Shown: one piece after another, positions 36,701-49,813 of the stretch
Layout of the letters: every line of letters starts with the position of its first letter
Position numbering within the stretch: position 1 is the first letter of the stretch
Origin: Neovahlkampfia damariscottae
Lineage: Eukaryota
NCBI GenBank assembly: GCA_016618085.1
Contig: JABLTG010000016.1
Coordinates: forward strand, 1 to 64,000
DNA length: 64,000 nucleotides
Direction of reading: 5' to 3'
Made by a program: the position numbers and the translations under genes
Notes under the pieces: generated by a model
The model's database searches: none
What the model was told of the DNA's origin: nothing
Seen by the model: only the letters and a program-made list of their open reading frames with translations

Positions 36701-38248
36701 TAATAAAATATCATCTTTTACTTTCTTTTCACTTTTTAATCCTAATACATCATTTAATGTTTTAGAAGGTGATGTATCAAGATCAGGTATTTGTAAATCT
36801 TGTTTAAATCCATTTTCAATATCAGAATTTAATAACATTTCTTGTTGATCAATTAAATCAGTAATATTTTCTTTTCTTGGATTTAAAATATCAAATATTA
36901 AATCTTGTTCATTTTGTGGCGTTTCTTCTTTTGGTGATATTTCTTCTTCATCTTCAAATTCTAATACTTCAATAACTTGTTTTTTCTTTTTTGAATATTT
37001 TTTTAATTTTCTTTCAATTTCAATCTTTTGTGATAATCTTTTATCCATAATTTCTTCTTCTCCTTTTGAAATTTCAGAAAGAAATAAACCAATTCTTTCA
37101 TAATTTAATTTTCCATTTTCTATAAAATATCCACCAAGTTTTGGTAGTATTTGTTTATAAATAGTTAACATTAATGGTATTGCACCTTCTCTAATATCTA
37201 ATGTTGGACTATGAGGTATAAAATCATTTCCACTTTTATTTAATAAAATAAATATTTACCAAAAGAAACACATTAAAATATAATCATCAATTATTTTTTC
37301 TAAATCATATGTGAAAGATATTTCATTTTTAACATTTTGACATTCTAAATCTAAATATTCTCGAATTAATGAAATATAAATTAATTGAAAATTATCTTTT
37401 TTTGTTAATTGAACTTGTTTCTTTTTGTTTTGACCTCTATCAAAAATTAATTCTTCACGTAATAAAACAAAATTTGGTTCATGACTCATTAATGATAACA
37501 TTATTAAATCTGCATCTAATCCATACATACAATGTGTTTCATTTGCATCATATCCTTTTTGACACTTTCTACCTCTAATAACTTGCATTATTTTATGTTC
37601 TCCTTCTCCTGGAATTTGATGACCAGAATAGATAACTTTACATTTTTGCCATTCAACATCTTCTTGAAGTTTCTTTTTGATAAAAAATTTTAAATTTTCG
37701 TCTAATTTTTCCATAAACTCAGTTCCAGGTGCTTTTTATTTTTAAACGATGTATTTTTATTTCTTACTAATACAATTACTATCAAATACATCTTCAATAT
37801 CAGGAACATCTTCACCATTTTCAATGGCTTTTTTTCTTGCTTCTTCTGCATCTTTTGCAGATCTAAATCTACGTGATCTTTTTTTGAAAAAAAGTTAAAC
37901 AAAAAGAAAAATACCTTTGTTGATTCATTTTAGCACGTGGTGCCACACCATCAACACCCATAAAAAAATATTTCTTTGGTTTAATTAAATTAAATAATTT
38001 TTCAATATATTGAAATATTTTCATAAAAATATCTTCGTCAGACATTTTCTTTTTTGGTCCATTTTTATCATCTTCGTTTGAATGAGTACAAGCCTAAAAT
38101 ATTATGAAAATAAATTTTGACGAACATGAATAATGCCGTTCATATCCAAATACAAGTTATCAAAAGAAGGTAAACTACTCTCAGTTAATGGTACTAAGAT
38201 ACAAGGATATCTTTCGCTGAGCCAAGTAAAGAATTTTGGTACTCCCAT
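33794..38248 (-). CDS. XRN1: 5'-3' exoribonuclease Xrn1
   Basis: [66 protein letters not shown]; long C-terminal PAZ/KOW/SH3-like region of the XRN1 type. Confidence 0.95.
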
Positions 38249-38323
38249 GAATTACTTTTAGTTTGAAACGACTAACTAAAATTGAACGACCAATGAAATT
38301 GACCAATAAAAAATTTAATTTTA

Positions 38324-38874
38324 TTATTTCTTTTTTTTTTCAAAAGGTACAAAAGGATTATCATTAGAATAGAAATTTTTAAGTATTTCAGTGGCTTCTT
38401 TCTTTTCAAATAAATAGCATTCATACGAATTATTTTCTTGTTGATGTATGTTTAAAACTGAACCACAACCTCCAAACCTATCATTTCCTGCACAACAATA
38501 GACTTTTCCAATACCTAATAATACTAAAGCACTTTATAGTTAATATAAACAAATTTCTTACCTACTACACATCAGACAGGGCTCAATAGTTACAAATAAG
38601 GAACACTTCTTGAAAATTTCTTTTGAAAAAGTTTCTAAGACTTGATCAATTGCTACCATTTCAGCATGTCTGCTTGCATTTTTCATTTTATTCGTTTGGT
38701 TATAACCTCTTCCAATAATTTTTTTTTCCAATACAATCACAACACCCACTGGTACCTCAAATTCATTTTTTGCTTTTTCTGCCTAAAAATTTAATCTATT
38801 TCAATTGCTACTTCAACGAACGATTGGTTGATGAAATATTCTTCATCTTTTGTCAGATTTTTCAATTTGATCAT
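38324..38874 (-). CDS. ADAT2: tRNA adenosine-34 deaminase catalytic subunit Tad2
   Basis: EVPVG, HAEM, VTIEPCLMC, NDRFGGCGS; two short introns. Confidence 0.9.
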
Positions 38875-39101
38875 TCACCCAATAAAAAGTTTTAAAAATC
38901 TCAAAAAACAATAAATTTAACAAAACACACAATATTAGAAAAAACAAGCAAAAAATGAATAAAAAAATTCAGCAGAAAAAAATCTAATTTATAGACCAAT
39001 CAAAAACGAATCTCTTGTCCAATCAGATTTTAGTGAACCAAGACAAAAAACAAAAACTAAAGCAAAAGTAACCACACTAGTTTTAATTCTAATATTCTAA
39101 G

Positions 39102-39668
39102 ATGGGTCGTATGCACGGAAACGGGTAATTAAAATAAAATAAATCATTAATAAAACATCAATAGAAAAGGTATCAGCAGATCAACTGCTCCATATAGAAG
39201 AAAACCAGCTACATGGTTAAAAGTTACTTCAGAAGAAATTGAAGATAAAATCGTCAAAATGGCAAAAAAAGGATATACTCCATCCCAAATTGGTGTCGTT
39301 TTAAGAGATTCAAACGGTGTTGGAAGAGTAAAAAGTGTAACAGGAAAAAAAATCCTCAGAATTTTAAAATCAAACGGTTTGAAATTGATCTTTCACTAAA
39401 GTTATACTGTAGGTCTTGCTCCAGATATTCCAGAAGATCTTTACCACCTTATTAAAAAAGCTGTTTCCATCAGAAAACATTTAGAAAAATTCAAAAAAGA
39501 TAAAGATGCTAAACACAGATTAATTCTTACTGAATCTAAAGTTCACAGACTTTCACGTTATTACAAAACTACTGAAGTTCTTCCACCAAATTGGAAATAG
39601 TAAAAAATATTCAAAAATTAACCATTTTTCTTAGTAATTCATCAACTGCTGAAGCTCTTGTTGCTTAA
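39102..39668 (+). CDS. RPS13: 40S ribosomal protein S13 (uS15)
   Basis: Spliced: [14 protein letters not shown]...[12 protein letters not shown]...[20 protein letters not shown]...RLSRYYK...LPPNWKY; introns 39125-39164, 39377-39412, 39600-39634; absent from the ORF track. Confidence 0.97.
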
Positions 39669-39782
39669 ATAAAATTTTTGATCATTTTACTTTTTTTTTG
39701 TTCAATTTTAAAATTCTTTTTTTAAACCAATCATCCATCAATTATTTATAGATCAGTTCGCAAAAATTGAACAATTTACAAG

Positions 39783-42700
39783 ATGAACATGAATGCATCC
39801 CTTTATTTGAACCAAGCTCTGTAAGTTTTGGTTAGACTCTAATTCAAAATTAAGTAACAAGTCAAAGAAAGATCTTTCAGTTCTCTTTGAAAATTATGAA
39901 CTTGTGTTGGAACCTTTTTTAAAAGAAAATACAAAGTTATCTTTCAATATTTCGGCATCAATGAAGGCACATGGAAAACTATTTGAATTAAAGTCCAATA
40001 AAGGTCTATACGAAGAAATAGTTCAAAAGTGTATGTGTTTCATTGAGAAAGCACTTGAAAACAGGTATTGAAAATAAAAGATTAAATTAGAATAGAATTT
40101 CATCAAAGATACTTTCAAATGAAAATAGTTCATTATTTTTAAAGGAATATTCGGAAGGTGCAGTTCTTTTTCAAAAATTATTACAATTTACTTTAAAAAC
40201 ATTCGTAAGCACATTTTTATTCATATTTTGAAAGAAAGAAGAACCATTTAAAAATGAAATTAGAATAAGAACTCAAGTGTTATTTCAGTCTAAACTATTT
40301 TCCAAAATCAAAAAGAAATTGATTGAAGAATTGACTGAAAATTTTAAAGAAAAAACATCATTGACAAAAGAAGAAGAGAAAATATTAGAGACTATAGTTT
40401 TATCTGAAAAAAAGGAATTTAAAAATATTGACTTACCAAAATTTTGTTTAAAATATATGGAGAAATATTTTGAAGAAGAAGAAAAGAAAAATGAAACAAA
40501 ACATGATCAATTTAATCAAATAACAAATGAAGAAACGAATAGATCAACTTCAAATAGTTATAAATCAACAAATAATCCATATAAACCAAAATCATCAAGT
40601 AGATATGTTGGATTAAAGAATCAAGGTGCAACATGTTATTTGAATAGTTTAATACAATCATTATTTATGACACCACCTTTTAGAAGAAGTGTATTTCAAT
40701 GGAGATATAATTTAGAAAAAGATAAAAAAGAATCCAAATGTATTCCATTACAACTTCAAAAATTATTTGCAAGATTAAAATTTAGTAATTCTGAATCTAT
40801 TACAACTAATGATTTAACTAAATCATTTGGATGGTCAACAAGAGAAAGTTTTGAACAAAATGATGTTGAAGAATTATTAAGAGTAAGTTACATATAATAT
40901 TATTTAATTCTATTTTTAGATTTTATTTGAATCATTAGAAAATACAAGTATACCAATAAATTCAATGTATGAAGGATTAATGAGAGATTATATTGAATGT
41001 TTAACTTGTAATCATATTGGTGGAAAGATTGATAAATTTCTTGATTTACAATTAGTAATTAGAAATGTACATCATTTATATGAAGCATTAGATATTTTAA
41101 CATTTGAAGAAGTATTAAAATTAGAAAATCAATATTTGTAAGATCAAAGTTGTAACTAATAATATCTCTATAGTTGTGAAAAATGTAATGAAAAAAGAGA
41201 TGCAAAAAAAGGATCAATATTTGAAAAGTTACCTGATATTTTAACATTACATTTAAAAAGATTTGATATTGATTATGAATCATATGATTTTAGACATATT
41301 AAATTAAATAATCAAGTTATATTTCCAATGACATTAAATATGAATAAATATATATCTAAAAATGAAGAAAAAAAAGAAAATTTTTATGAATTAACAAGTG
41401 TTTTAATACATAGTGGTAGTTTAAGTTCAGGTCATTATTATGCTTATATTAAAAATGAAAAGAATGAATGGTTTGAATTTAATGATTCAAATGTTTCAAA
41501 AATTGAATTTGAAGATATTGAAAAAGCTTATGGTGATGAAAATTCAAAATCAAATGCATACATGTTATTATATTCAAGAGAAAATAATTCATTATCCAAT
41601 GAAATTAAAAATTTAAATAAAATTAAAAATGAATTTGATTTAATACCATCTTCAATTTTAAATGAAATTGAAAAAGAAAATGATATTTTATTAAAAAATT
41701 ATTATAAATTTGAACAAGAAAGAGAATATTATAAATTTATTATAATTTTTAATGAAAAAGAATATCAATTTAAATTTGAAAATGATGATAAATTGAATAT
41801 TAGATATTCAGTGAAAAAAATATTAAATGAATTTATTGAAAGAAATATTATAGAAATAAGTTCAAATAAAGAATTGGATTCTAAATTTAGATTAAGAATA
41901 TTTGATAAAGAATTAAATATACCACAAGATATTTTGAATGAAGAAGATTCATTTAAAAATCTACATTTAGAATATAATTCATATTTATATTTAGAAAGAA
42001 AAGAAAATAATGAATTTTTAAGTTTTAATAAAAATGAAGATTTTACTATTCAATTTTATAAAATTAATGAAGAGAAAAATAATTTTAAAAGAGTATATTT
42101 TAAAAATTTTAAAAAGAATGAAAAATTAAAAAATGTAAAAGAAAGTATAATGAAAGAAGAAAAAAATGAATTTAATTTTTATAAAAACTTACCATTTAAA
42201 AATGAAGTTATAAAATTAAGTGATGAAAATATAATTGATAAATCATTGGTGGATTTAAATTTCTTGAATGGTGATAAAATATATATTGAAGAAAATAAAA
42301 ATGAAACTTTAAATTTATTAGAATATTTAAATAATAAGATTACTATTCATTTTAATGAACCTAATTCAAATTATTTTAATAAATCATTAATTATTGATAA
42401 AAGATTAAAAATTAAAGATTTAAAAGATAGATTAAGTGATATTATTAATTTAGATTCTTCAAAATTTAAATTATTTAATGGCAAAGATGAAAATGGTTAT
42501 GAATTTAAAAATTATGATTCTCATTTAAATCAATTAATTAATGGTTCTTCAATATTTATAAAAAAAGGAAGAGTTTTAAATCAAAATGAATTTAATTTAA
42601 CTTGTTTTCAATTTCAAAAAAATGAAAAACCAAAACCAAAACAAATGAATAATCAAAATTATATTATTTTTAATTCAAGAAATAATATTGGTAGTATTGG

Positions 42701-43994
42701 TAGTAATGGTGGTAATGGTGATGGTGGTAATGGTATTGGTATTGGTGTTACAAGTGCAGATGATAATATGATTATTGAAAAAGATGATATTTTACAAGAT
42801 GATGATAATATTATTGAAGATGATGATTTTATTGTATCAACTGTATCTCAATCAAATCCAAATAAGAAAATTGGTTTAAGTCAAAATGGAAATTCAAATA
42901 ATAATGGAAGAAGAAATAGAGGTCAAAATACAATTATTAATACAGTATCACATATACCACCTGCTCATTTTCAATCAGCAGTTATTCCTCCAAACTCAAA
43001 TACAAATACAAATACAAATGTAAACCTTATTCCACCTGGTGGTGCAGGTGCTCCAGGTGCTATACTTCCAAATAGTGCTGTGTCAATGCCTATTGTAGCT
43101 CCAGCCGCATCAAATGTTGCTGTTATCGGTCCTGCGAATACAATGGTCAACCCAGTTTTTATTCCAAATCATGGTGGTGGTGGAGCTATTTCTGCTGCTG
43201 ATCAAGAACAACAAAATCCGTATCAATCAACTATTCAATATAATAATGATAATTTTGATGAAAATGAGATTCCATTACAACTATTAGGAAACAAAAGACA
43301 TTATTATAGAAATAATCACATTGAAATGAATTCTAGTTTTATCAAATTATTTGATTTAATTATTGATGACAAATGTAGTGTAAAAAATTTAAAGAAATTG
43401 ATTTGTCAAAATTCAAATGAATTTTATCCATCTTTAATTAGAATTAGAGAAAAGATTTATAAAATGGATTATCCTGGTAAAATTTTATTAGATGATGAAA
43501 TTATTTCAAAATCAATTGATATGACTTTAAAGAATAAAGAAATTGTGATTGAAAAAATTGAAAAAATTGAAGATTTAACAAAAGAAGATTTCACTTTAAG
43601 AATTGGTAGATTCTATCCTGAAAGAGAAGCATTGAGTTTTATTGATGAAATTTTAATAAATACTAAAACAACAATTAATGATTTAATGGAAATATTAACA
43701 AAAACATTTAAAATATCAAAGAGTTCAATACAATTTACAAAGATTCCTCAAATATTACATTCACATTTAAATGATATTTCAACATTCAAAAAATTAAAAT
43801 GGTTTGAACAAAAATTAATAAAATCAGATGATGATCTGATTATTAAATCACCATTCTATTTTCAAAATGTTGATTTATTAATTTGTCAAGATGAAAATGA
43901 AATCAATGAAGACAATTCATCAAAAATTGAAATAATTGAGGAAAGAACAAAATCAAAACAACTAAGATTTTATGATGATGATGAAAAAAAATAA
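39783..43994 (+). CDS. Ubiquitin-specific protease (USP47/USP40-like) with C-terminal Ubl-like region and a cullin-repeat-like N-terminus
   Basis: GLKNQGATCYLNS Cys box, QNDVEE, HSGSLSSGHYYAY His box, FNDSNV; N-terminal exons joined through short introns. Confidence 0.88.
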
Positions 43995-44132
43995 AAAATT
44001 TAGACCGTTGATCAAAATTATAAAATCGGAATAGAGGTTTCCAAATTTCTTCTAATTTAAGATTTTCGACCAATAATTTACCCGAATAATTGAACGAATC
44101 AGAACTTTGTACAAATTATTTCATCAAATTTT

Positions 44133-45191
44133 ATGTTAACACCTCAGCAATCAAATCCAGAATCACATCAGGAGAGCGAGGTGAATCCAGAAGATTCTTC
44201 TCAGTATCATTTTTCAGTCAACAACAATTCAAAAAAAAAAGAAAGAGTTTCATCTGCTTGTAGTAACTGTAGAAGAAGTATTTCTGACATTTTAATTCAT
44301 TAATCTTTATAATTAGATCATACATGTTGTGATGAAAACAGACCTTGCAGTAGATGTATTAAACTTGGAAAACAAGATACATGTGTTGATGTTGTCAGCA
44401 AAAAACGTGGACCAAAACCCAAAACTAAAAGTATTAAGAATTCTGAAAACAAACAACCTGTAAAAAAACAAAAATTAGACAATTCAAAAATATCACCAAA
44501 AGTTCAAGCATCAACAATGGCAGTTGTTAAGCCAACAGCAATTTTACCAAACTTGCAAATTGAATCATCAATTCCTGAAATAGAAGTACCAGTGAAGAAG
44601 GATGAAGATTTTGAAATTGAAGATCCATTAAAATTAGATTTGGATATTTTTGATGAAGAATTTAGCACAATAGTAAAACAAGCATATGATGAAATTATTG
44701 ATACACCTTCGTCGTCTTCAAATAATTCAAGTTATTTATTAAATTATGATGGATTTCAATATGACGTTGGAATAAATTCATCTTTGTCTCTATTAAGTTC
44801 AGAAAATCAAAAAGATTCAAAAAATACAGTTGGATATATTCAATGTAATTCAAATATTCAAATTTGTGAAGTCAATGATATCGTTATGGTAAATATTTTA
44901 AAATTTAAATAACAATATTCAAAAAAAAAGGAAAAATTTGGATATAAAAATGAAATTTTTTCAATGCATTGGTTTGATCTTATTCATCCATCATATAGAA
45001 ATCATACAAAACAATTTATTGAGAATATAATACAAAAGAAAGATTTTTTTCAAAATTTCTCCGGTAGAGAAATTGGATATTCAAAAGATGGTTCTGCATT
45101 TGAATTTATGTATCAAATGTCATTTCAAGTTAAAAAAGATCTCAAACAGAATGTTGTACTTGATTCAATTATTACAAATATATATTTTTAA
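44133..45191 (+). CDS. Zn(II)2Cys6 binuclear-cluster transcription factor with a C-terminal PAS-like domain
   Basis: Spliced ACSNCRRNHTCCDENRPCSRCIKLGKQDTC (six cysteines), KKRGPK; C-terminus EVND..FGY..WFDLIHP..SKDGS. Confidence 0.85.
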
Positions 45192-45242
45192 ATTTCGAAA
45201 ACATCCAATCATTTCCATTGTTTTTTCAAAGTAACTTCACAA

Positions 45243-45905
45243 ATGATTTTCTCATCAAAGAAAGTTAAAAAGAAAAAATATAATCTACATACTATTCATG
45301 TTAATGAAATAAATTCAAATTTATCTGAAGATGATCTCACTTTGATATTTTCATTTTTAGATGTAGATAATTATTTAAAATTTTATAATGTAAATAAAAG
45401 ATGGCATAAAATAATTAGAGAAAAAGAAATTTGGAAAAGTTATTTTGATAAAAGTGAATATATTAAAGTAAATAATCTTTATTCTTTGCCTTCAGATGAT
45501 TTAAATTATTTTCAAAAATGTTTAAGAAGGAATAATTGTATAGAAAGAGTAAAGGAGTCATTAGTTGAATTTATAAATCATTCATTATTTAAAGAAGAAT
45601 TTTATTTGAATTCAATTTTTCAAAATTTATTTGAGGGTATGAGTGATTCAAATAAAATTGAATTTCAAAAAAGTTTAATTTATGAATCAAATCAATTTGG
45701 TTCAATATCAAAAGTAGAAGAAATTTGGAATGAAAATGAAATGATTTATACTGGATATATTTGTGGTATTTTTGTTGAAATAAAAGTGGAGAGAGCAGGA
45801 ATGTGTAGTTTGAATTTTTATAATGAAATTGGAAATGAAAATTGGAAAAATGAGGATTCAATTGATGATTTAACTTCATTTGTGTCAAATAATTTCAAAT
45901 TATAA
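45243..45905 (+). CDS. F-box protein
   Basis: LSEDDLTLIFSFLD...VNKRWHKII...IWK. Confidence 0.7.
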   Translation: MIFSSKKVKKKKYNLHTIHVNEINSNLSEDDLTLIFSFLDVDNYLKFYNVNKRWHKIIREKEIWKSYFDKSEYIKVNNLYSLPSDDLNYFQKCLRRNNCIERVKESLVEFINHSLFKEEFYLNSIFQNLFEGMSDSNKIEFQKSLIYESNQFGSISKVEEIWNENEMIYTGYICGIFVEIKVERAGMCSLNFYNEIGNENWKNEDSIDDLTSFVSNNFKL

Positions 45906-45981
45906 TTGAATAAACCTTCAAACAAACAACCAATCAATTTCATTTGACCAATCATTCAACAAAACTGTACTGACAAAAAGA

Positions 45982-46776
45982 ATGAGTAAAAATTCATTGT
46001 TGGATGAATATAAAAATGAACTTTCTATGGAATTAGATACAGCAATAGAAGAAAATACCAAACCAAAAAGTCAATCTTTTGTTTTAAAAAATAAAGTTGA
46101 TTCTAACGAGGATATTAGTTCAAATTCTATTTCTCAAAAAGGTTTTGATACAAATAATGAAAATACTTGGGGTGAAGAATTATTTAATCCAGGTGTAGAC
46201 ATTTCAGAAAATTGGAGTTCAAAAGAAAGAAAAGAGTTCAAAGTAGTTCATAATTTATTATCTTTGAAAGGTGATATGAAAATTTATGATAGTTTTGGTG
46301 GTATTTATATGACTTTAGTTCAAAAAATGTTACATATAGGACCTGATATTTCTTTATTTGATAAACAAAAGAAACTATTAGGAAAGATTAAAAAAAAAGT
46401 ATTTAGTTTCAAAGTAAATATCTATATTTTTATTTTTTAAAATAATAAGCCATATTATAGTTTTTTTATTGATGATGTTGAAGTTTTAAGAGTACAAAAG
46501 ACGATTAAACTATTAAAAATGAAAGTTGAGTTCCTTTTAGTTCAAGAAAACGAACAAGTATTTTTACAAGTTATGAATCATAATCAATATATTTTAAAGA
46601 AAAATGGAGAAACAATAGCATTTGTAAAAAAAGCGTATGTTTTTTTAAAATTATTAAAAATTATTAAAAGTACTTTGACAGATGATTATCACATTCATAT
46701 TGAACCGGAAAATAATATTCTTTTACTTTTGGCTTGTTCAATTATATTTGATTGTATTATCAGAGAAGTATTGTAA
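45982..46776 (+). CDS. LURP-one/Tubby C-terminal-like (scramblase-fold) protein
   Basis: LLSLKGDMKIYD, LGKIKKKVFSF, IAFVKK, DDYHIHIEP..ILLLLACSIIFD; two introns. Confidence 0.7.
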
Positions 46777-46871
46777 TAAAATTTATATTTAATGTTTGAA
46801 AATTTAATTTTGAAGTTTCTTAATAAATCTGATTGGAGAACTATCCCGAATTCAAACTCTATTGGTTTAAA

Positions 46872-48353
46872 ATGGTTTTGAAAAAAGAAAATTTGAATCC
46901 AAACGTCTTAGAAGCTCAAGTAAAATTATTATTTCACTAATTTTAAGTATGCTGTTCGTGGAACTGTTGTCCTAAAAGCAATTGAATTACAACAAAAATT
47001 AAAATCAGGAGAAAAATTGAATTTTGATGAAATAATATATTGTAATATTGGAAATCCACAACAAGTTCAACAATTACCTCTTTCATTTCCAAGGCAAGTA
47101 CTTTCATTGTTTGCGAATCCAAAATTAATTGAAAACGAAAATATTTCAAAAATTTATCCAAAAGATGTCATTGAAAGAGCAAAATTAATATTATCAAATG
47201 TTGGAAATTCTGGTGCATATACTCATAGTCAAGGACTATTACAAATACGTCAAAATGTTGCAAAATTTATTGAACAAAGGGATGGATTTCCATCAAATCC
47301 AAATAGAATATTCTTATCCAATGGAGCATCAAGTTCAATTCAATTAACACTACAACTTTTAATCAGAAATGAAAAAGATGGAATAATGATACCTAAACCA
47401 CAATACCCATTATACTCTGCTACAATAACATTATTAGGAGGATCAAAAGTATCATATGAATTAGATGAATCAAAAGGATGGGGTTTATCCATTGAAGAAT
47501 TAGAGAAATCATATCAAAGTGCAATGAAAGATGGAATTAATGTTAGAGCATTAACAATTATTAATCCAGGTAATATTAAATACAACTATTTGACTTAAAA
47601 GGAAATCCAACTGGACAATGTCTTAATATTTCCAATCAAAAGGAAATTATTAAATTTTGTGAAGAAAAGGATATTGTTTTGTTAGCAGATGAAGTTTATC
47701 AAGAAAATGTTTATGGTGATATCAATTTTACTTCTTTCAAAAAAACTGTGTGTGAAATGAAATCAAATGTTGAATTATTTTCATATCATTCAACTTCAAA
47801 AGGTTTTTTTGGTGAATGTGGAAGAAGAGGTGGATATATGGAAATTTCAGAATCTGTTGATGAACAAGTAATTGCTCAAATTTATAAAACAGTTTCAATT
47901 CAACTCTGTCCAAATTTGGATGGTCAAATTATTATGGATTTGATGGTAAATCCACCAAAACAAGGAGATGAATCATATGATTTATATGTCTCAGAAAGAG
48001 ATTCTATTTTGAATTCTTTAAAAAAAAAAGCAAAATTTGTTGTTGGTGAATTAAGAAAATTAGAAGGAGTAACTTGTAATGATAGTACAGGTGCAATGTA
48101 TGTCTTCCCTCAAATTAGATTACCTTCAAAATCATTGGATGAATCAAAAAAACAAAATATTTCACCTGACTTATTTTATTGTTTAAGTTTATTAGAAGAA
48201 ACTGGAATTTGTTGTATTCCTGGTTCAGGATTTGGTCAAAAAGATGGTACTTATCATTTTAGAAGTACATTTTTACCACCAGTTGACAAAATGGAAATTG
48301 TAGCTCAAAAAATGAAATTATTTCATGAAAATTTTATGAAAAAGTGGAAATAA
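46872..48353 (+). CDS. GPT: Alanine aminotransferase (PLP-dependent)
   Basis: YAVRG, CNIGNPQ, GAYTHSQG, PQYPLYSA, INPGNPTG, ADEVYQEN, HSTSKG...GECGRRGGY, PGSGFGQ. Confidence 0.95.
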
Positions 48354-48413
48354 AAGAAACAAATTTATGTTTTTTGAAATTTCTTTTCTTGAATAAAGAT
48401 CATCAAATCAAAA

Positions 48414-48788
48414 ATGGATATACAATCAATTATTGAAATCACTTTATTATCATGTTTTCTCTTGATTTTAATCAAAATATCATTCAAATTTCATGATTTT
48501 GTATTGTCACTAATGTCAACTCTTTCAAAAATATTGTTCATTTCCTTCATAATTCTTTTGATTTTGCAAATATTCAAATCCTCCAAAAACAAACTTGTTG
48601 CATCATTTAATAGTTGTTGTGGTGAAAAACTATTTGAATTTTCCAAAACTTGTTTCAAAATAATTTGGTTTACATTTTCATACATCAAATGGAAAATATC
48701 AGATTTTGCTGAAACTATTTTACAACATCATCAAGTACAACAACTCATTTTTGAATGTGAAGAGATGACTAAAAATTATATTGGATGA
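48414..48788 (+). CDS. Small membrane protein, unknown function
   Basis: 124-aa ORF with two hydrophobic segments. Confidence 0.5.
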   Translation: MDIQSIIEITLLSCFLLILIKISFKFHDFVLSLMSTLSKILFISFIILLILQIFKSSKNKLVASFNSCCGEKLFEFSKTCFKIIWFTFSYIKWKISDFAETILQHHQVQQLIFECEEMTKNYIG

Positions 48789-49813
48789 AGTTTTCAAAAA
48801 AATTCTTTTGTTCTTTTTGTTCTTTTTCCAATTGAGAAACTGAAATTAAATTCAAAAACAGATTTTGAAAATAAATTTAGTTTCAAAGTTGAAAATAAAC
48901 CTAATTCTAAAACTGAAGTATAAAGTAGGTATGAGTCTAAAAAGGAATAGAAATGAGTTTGAATCTCATTTCCGTCCTAAATTCAAGCAAAGGAAACTTG
49001 AATGGATGACTACTGTCAACAACCGACGAATTTTTTTGAAAAAATTTGAATTAAAAAACGAAATTTTTAAAATATCAAAATCTAGCTTCAGAAAATTCTT
49101 GAAAAAATGTAATTCAAATAGTTATACAAAATCAAAAGAATATAAAAGATTATTAAAGAACACCTGAAAAAAACGAAAATGAAAAATCAAAAAATTTCAT
49201 GGATGATTTATGGATAATAATGGACCAATGAGGTTTTAGGAGATTCTCAATAAATAGTTCAAAGTTTATCAGTTGTTTGTCTGAAAACTTTGTTACCGAA
49301 AGTAATAAACACATTTGTCAAATTAGTATCTTTTGTTACTCTTTATTTACTCTTGGGAAAACTACACTTTTTAGAATTGCACAATTCAACACATCAATTG
49401 GAGAATAACATACTGCTTCAGTCAAATCTCTCAGTCGGATCAAGAGTCTCAGTAGAGAATTAACCAAACTTTTGTACAATAAAATTTTCGAGTTACCACC
49501 AGTTACACATTGGAAGACTTTATTTCCATTGAATTTCATGATGAAACTACAATTTTTAATCAAAAAGAAAAAAATATTTTCTTTTGAGTTATTATATAAA
49601 TTTGTTGATTGTCAATTTGAATTTAGTAATAAAATGAAAAGAAAATATAAAGAAATAGATTCATCTAAAAAAAAAAAAAAATTTTGAAAACAGATTTTAT
49701 TAAATTTCAAATGCCATTCCAATGAAATCTTTCAAATTTTTCCATAAATTTTGTTTTGCTCTTTGTGGTAAATCTAAAAAAAAAAAAAAAAAACTGATTG
49801 GTCAACTCAGAAG

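Noticed and set aside
38975..38992. AAAAATCTAATTT as a second promoter motif (also near 52934)
   Set aside because: Too few copies and too AT-rich to distinguish from background by eye
49195..49290. Possible box C/D snoRNA (TGGATGA ... CTGA)
   Set aside because: Imperfect C box, weak terminal stem and no guide complementarity I could identify
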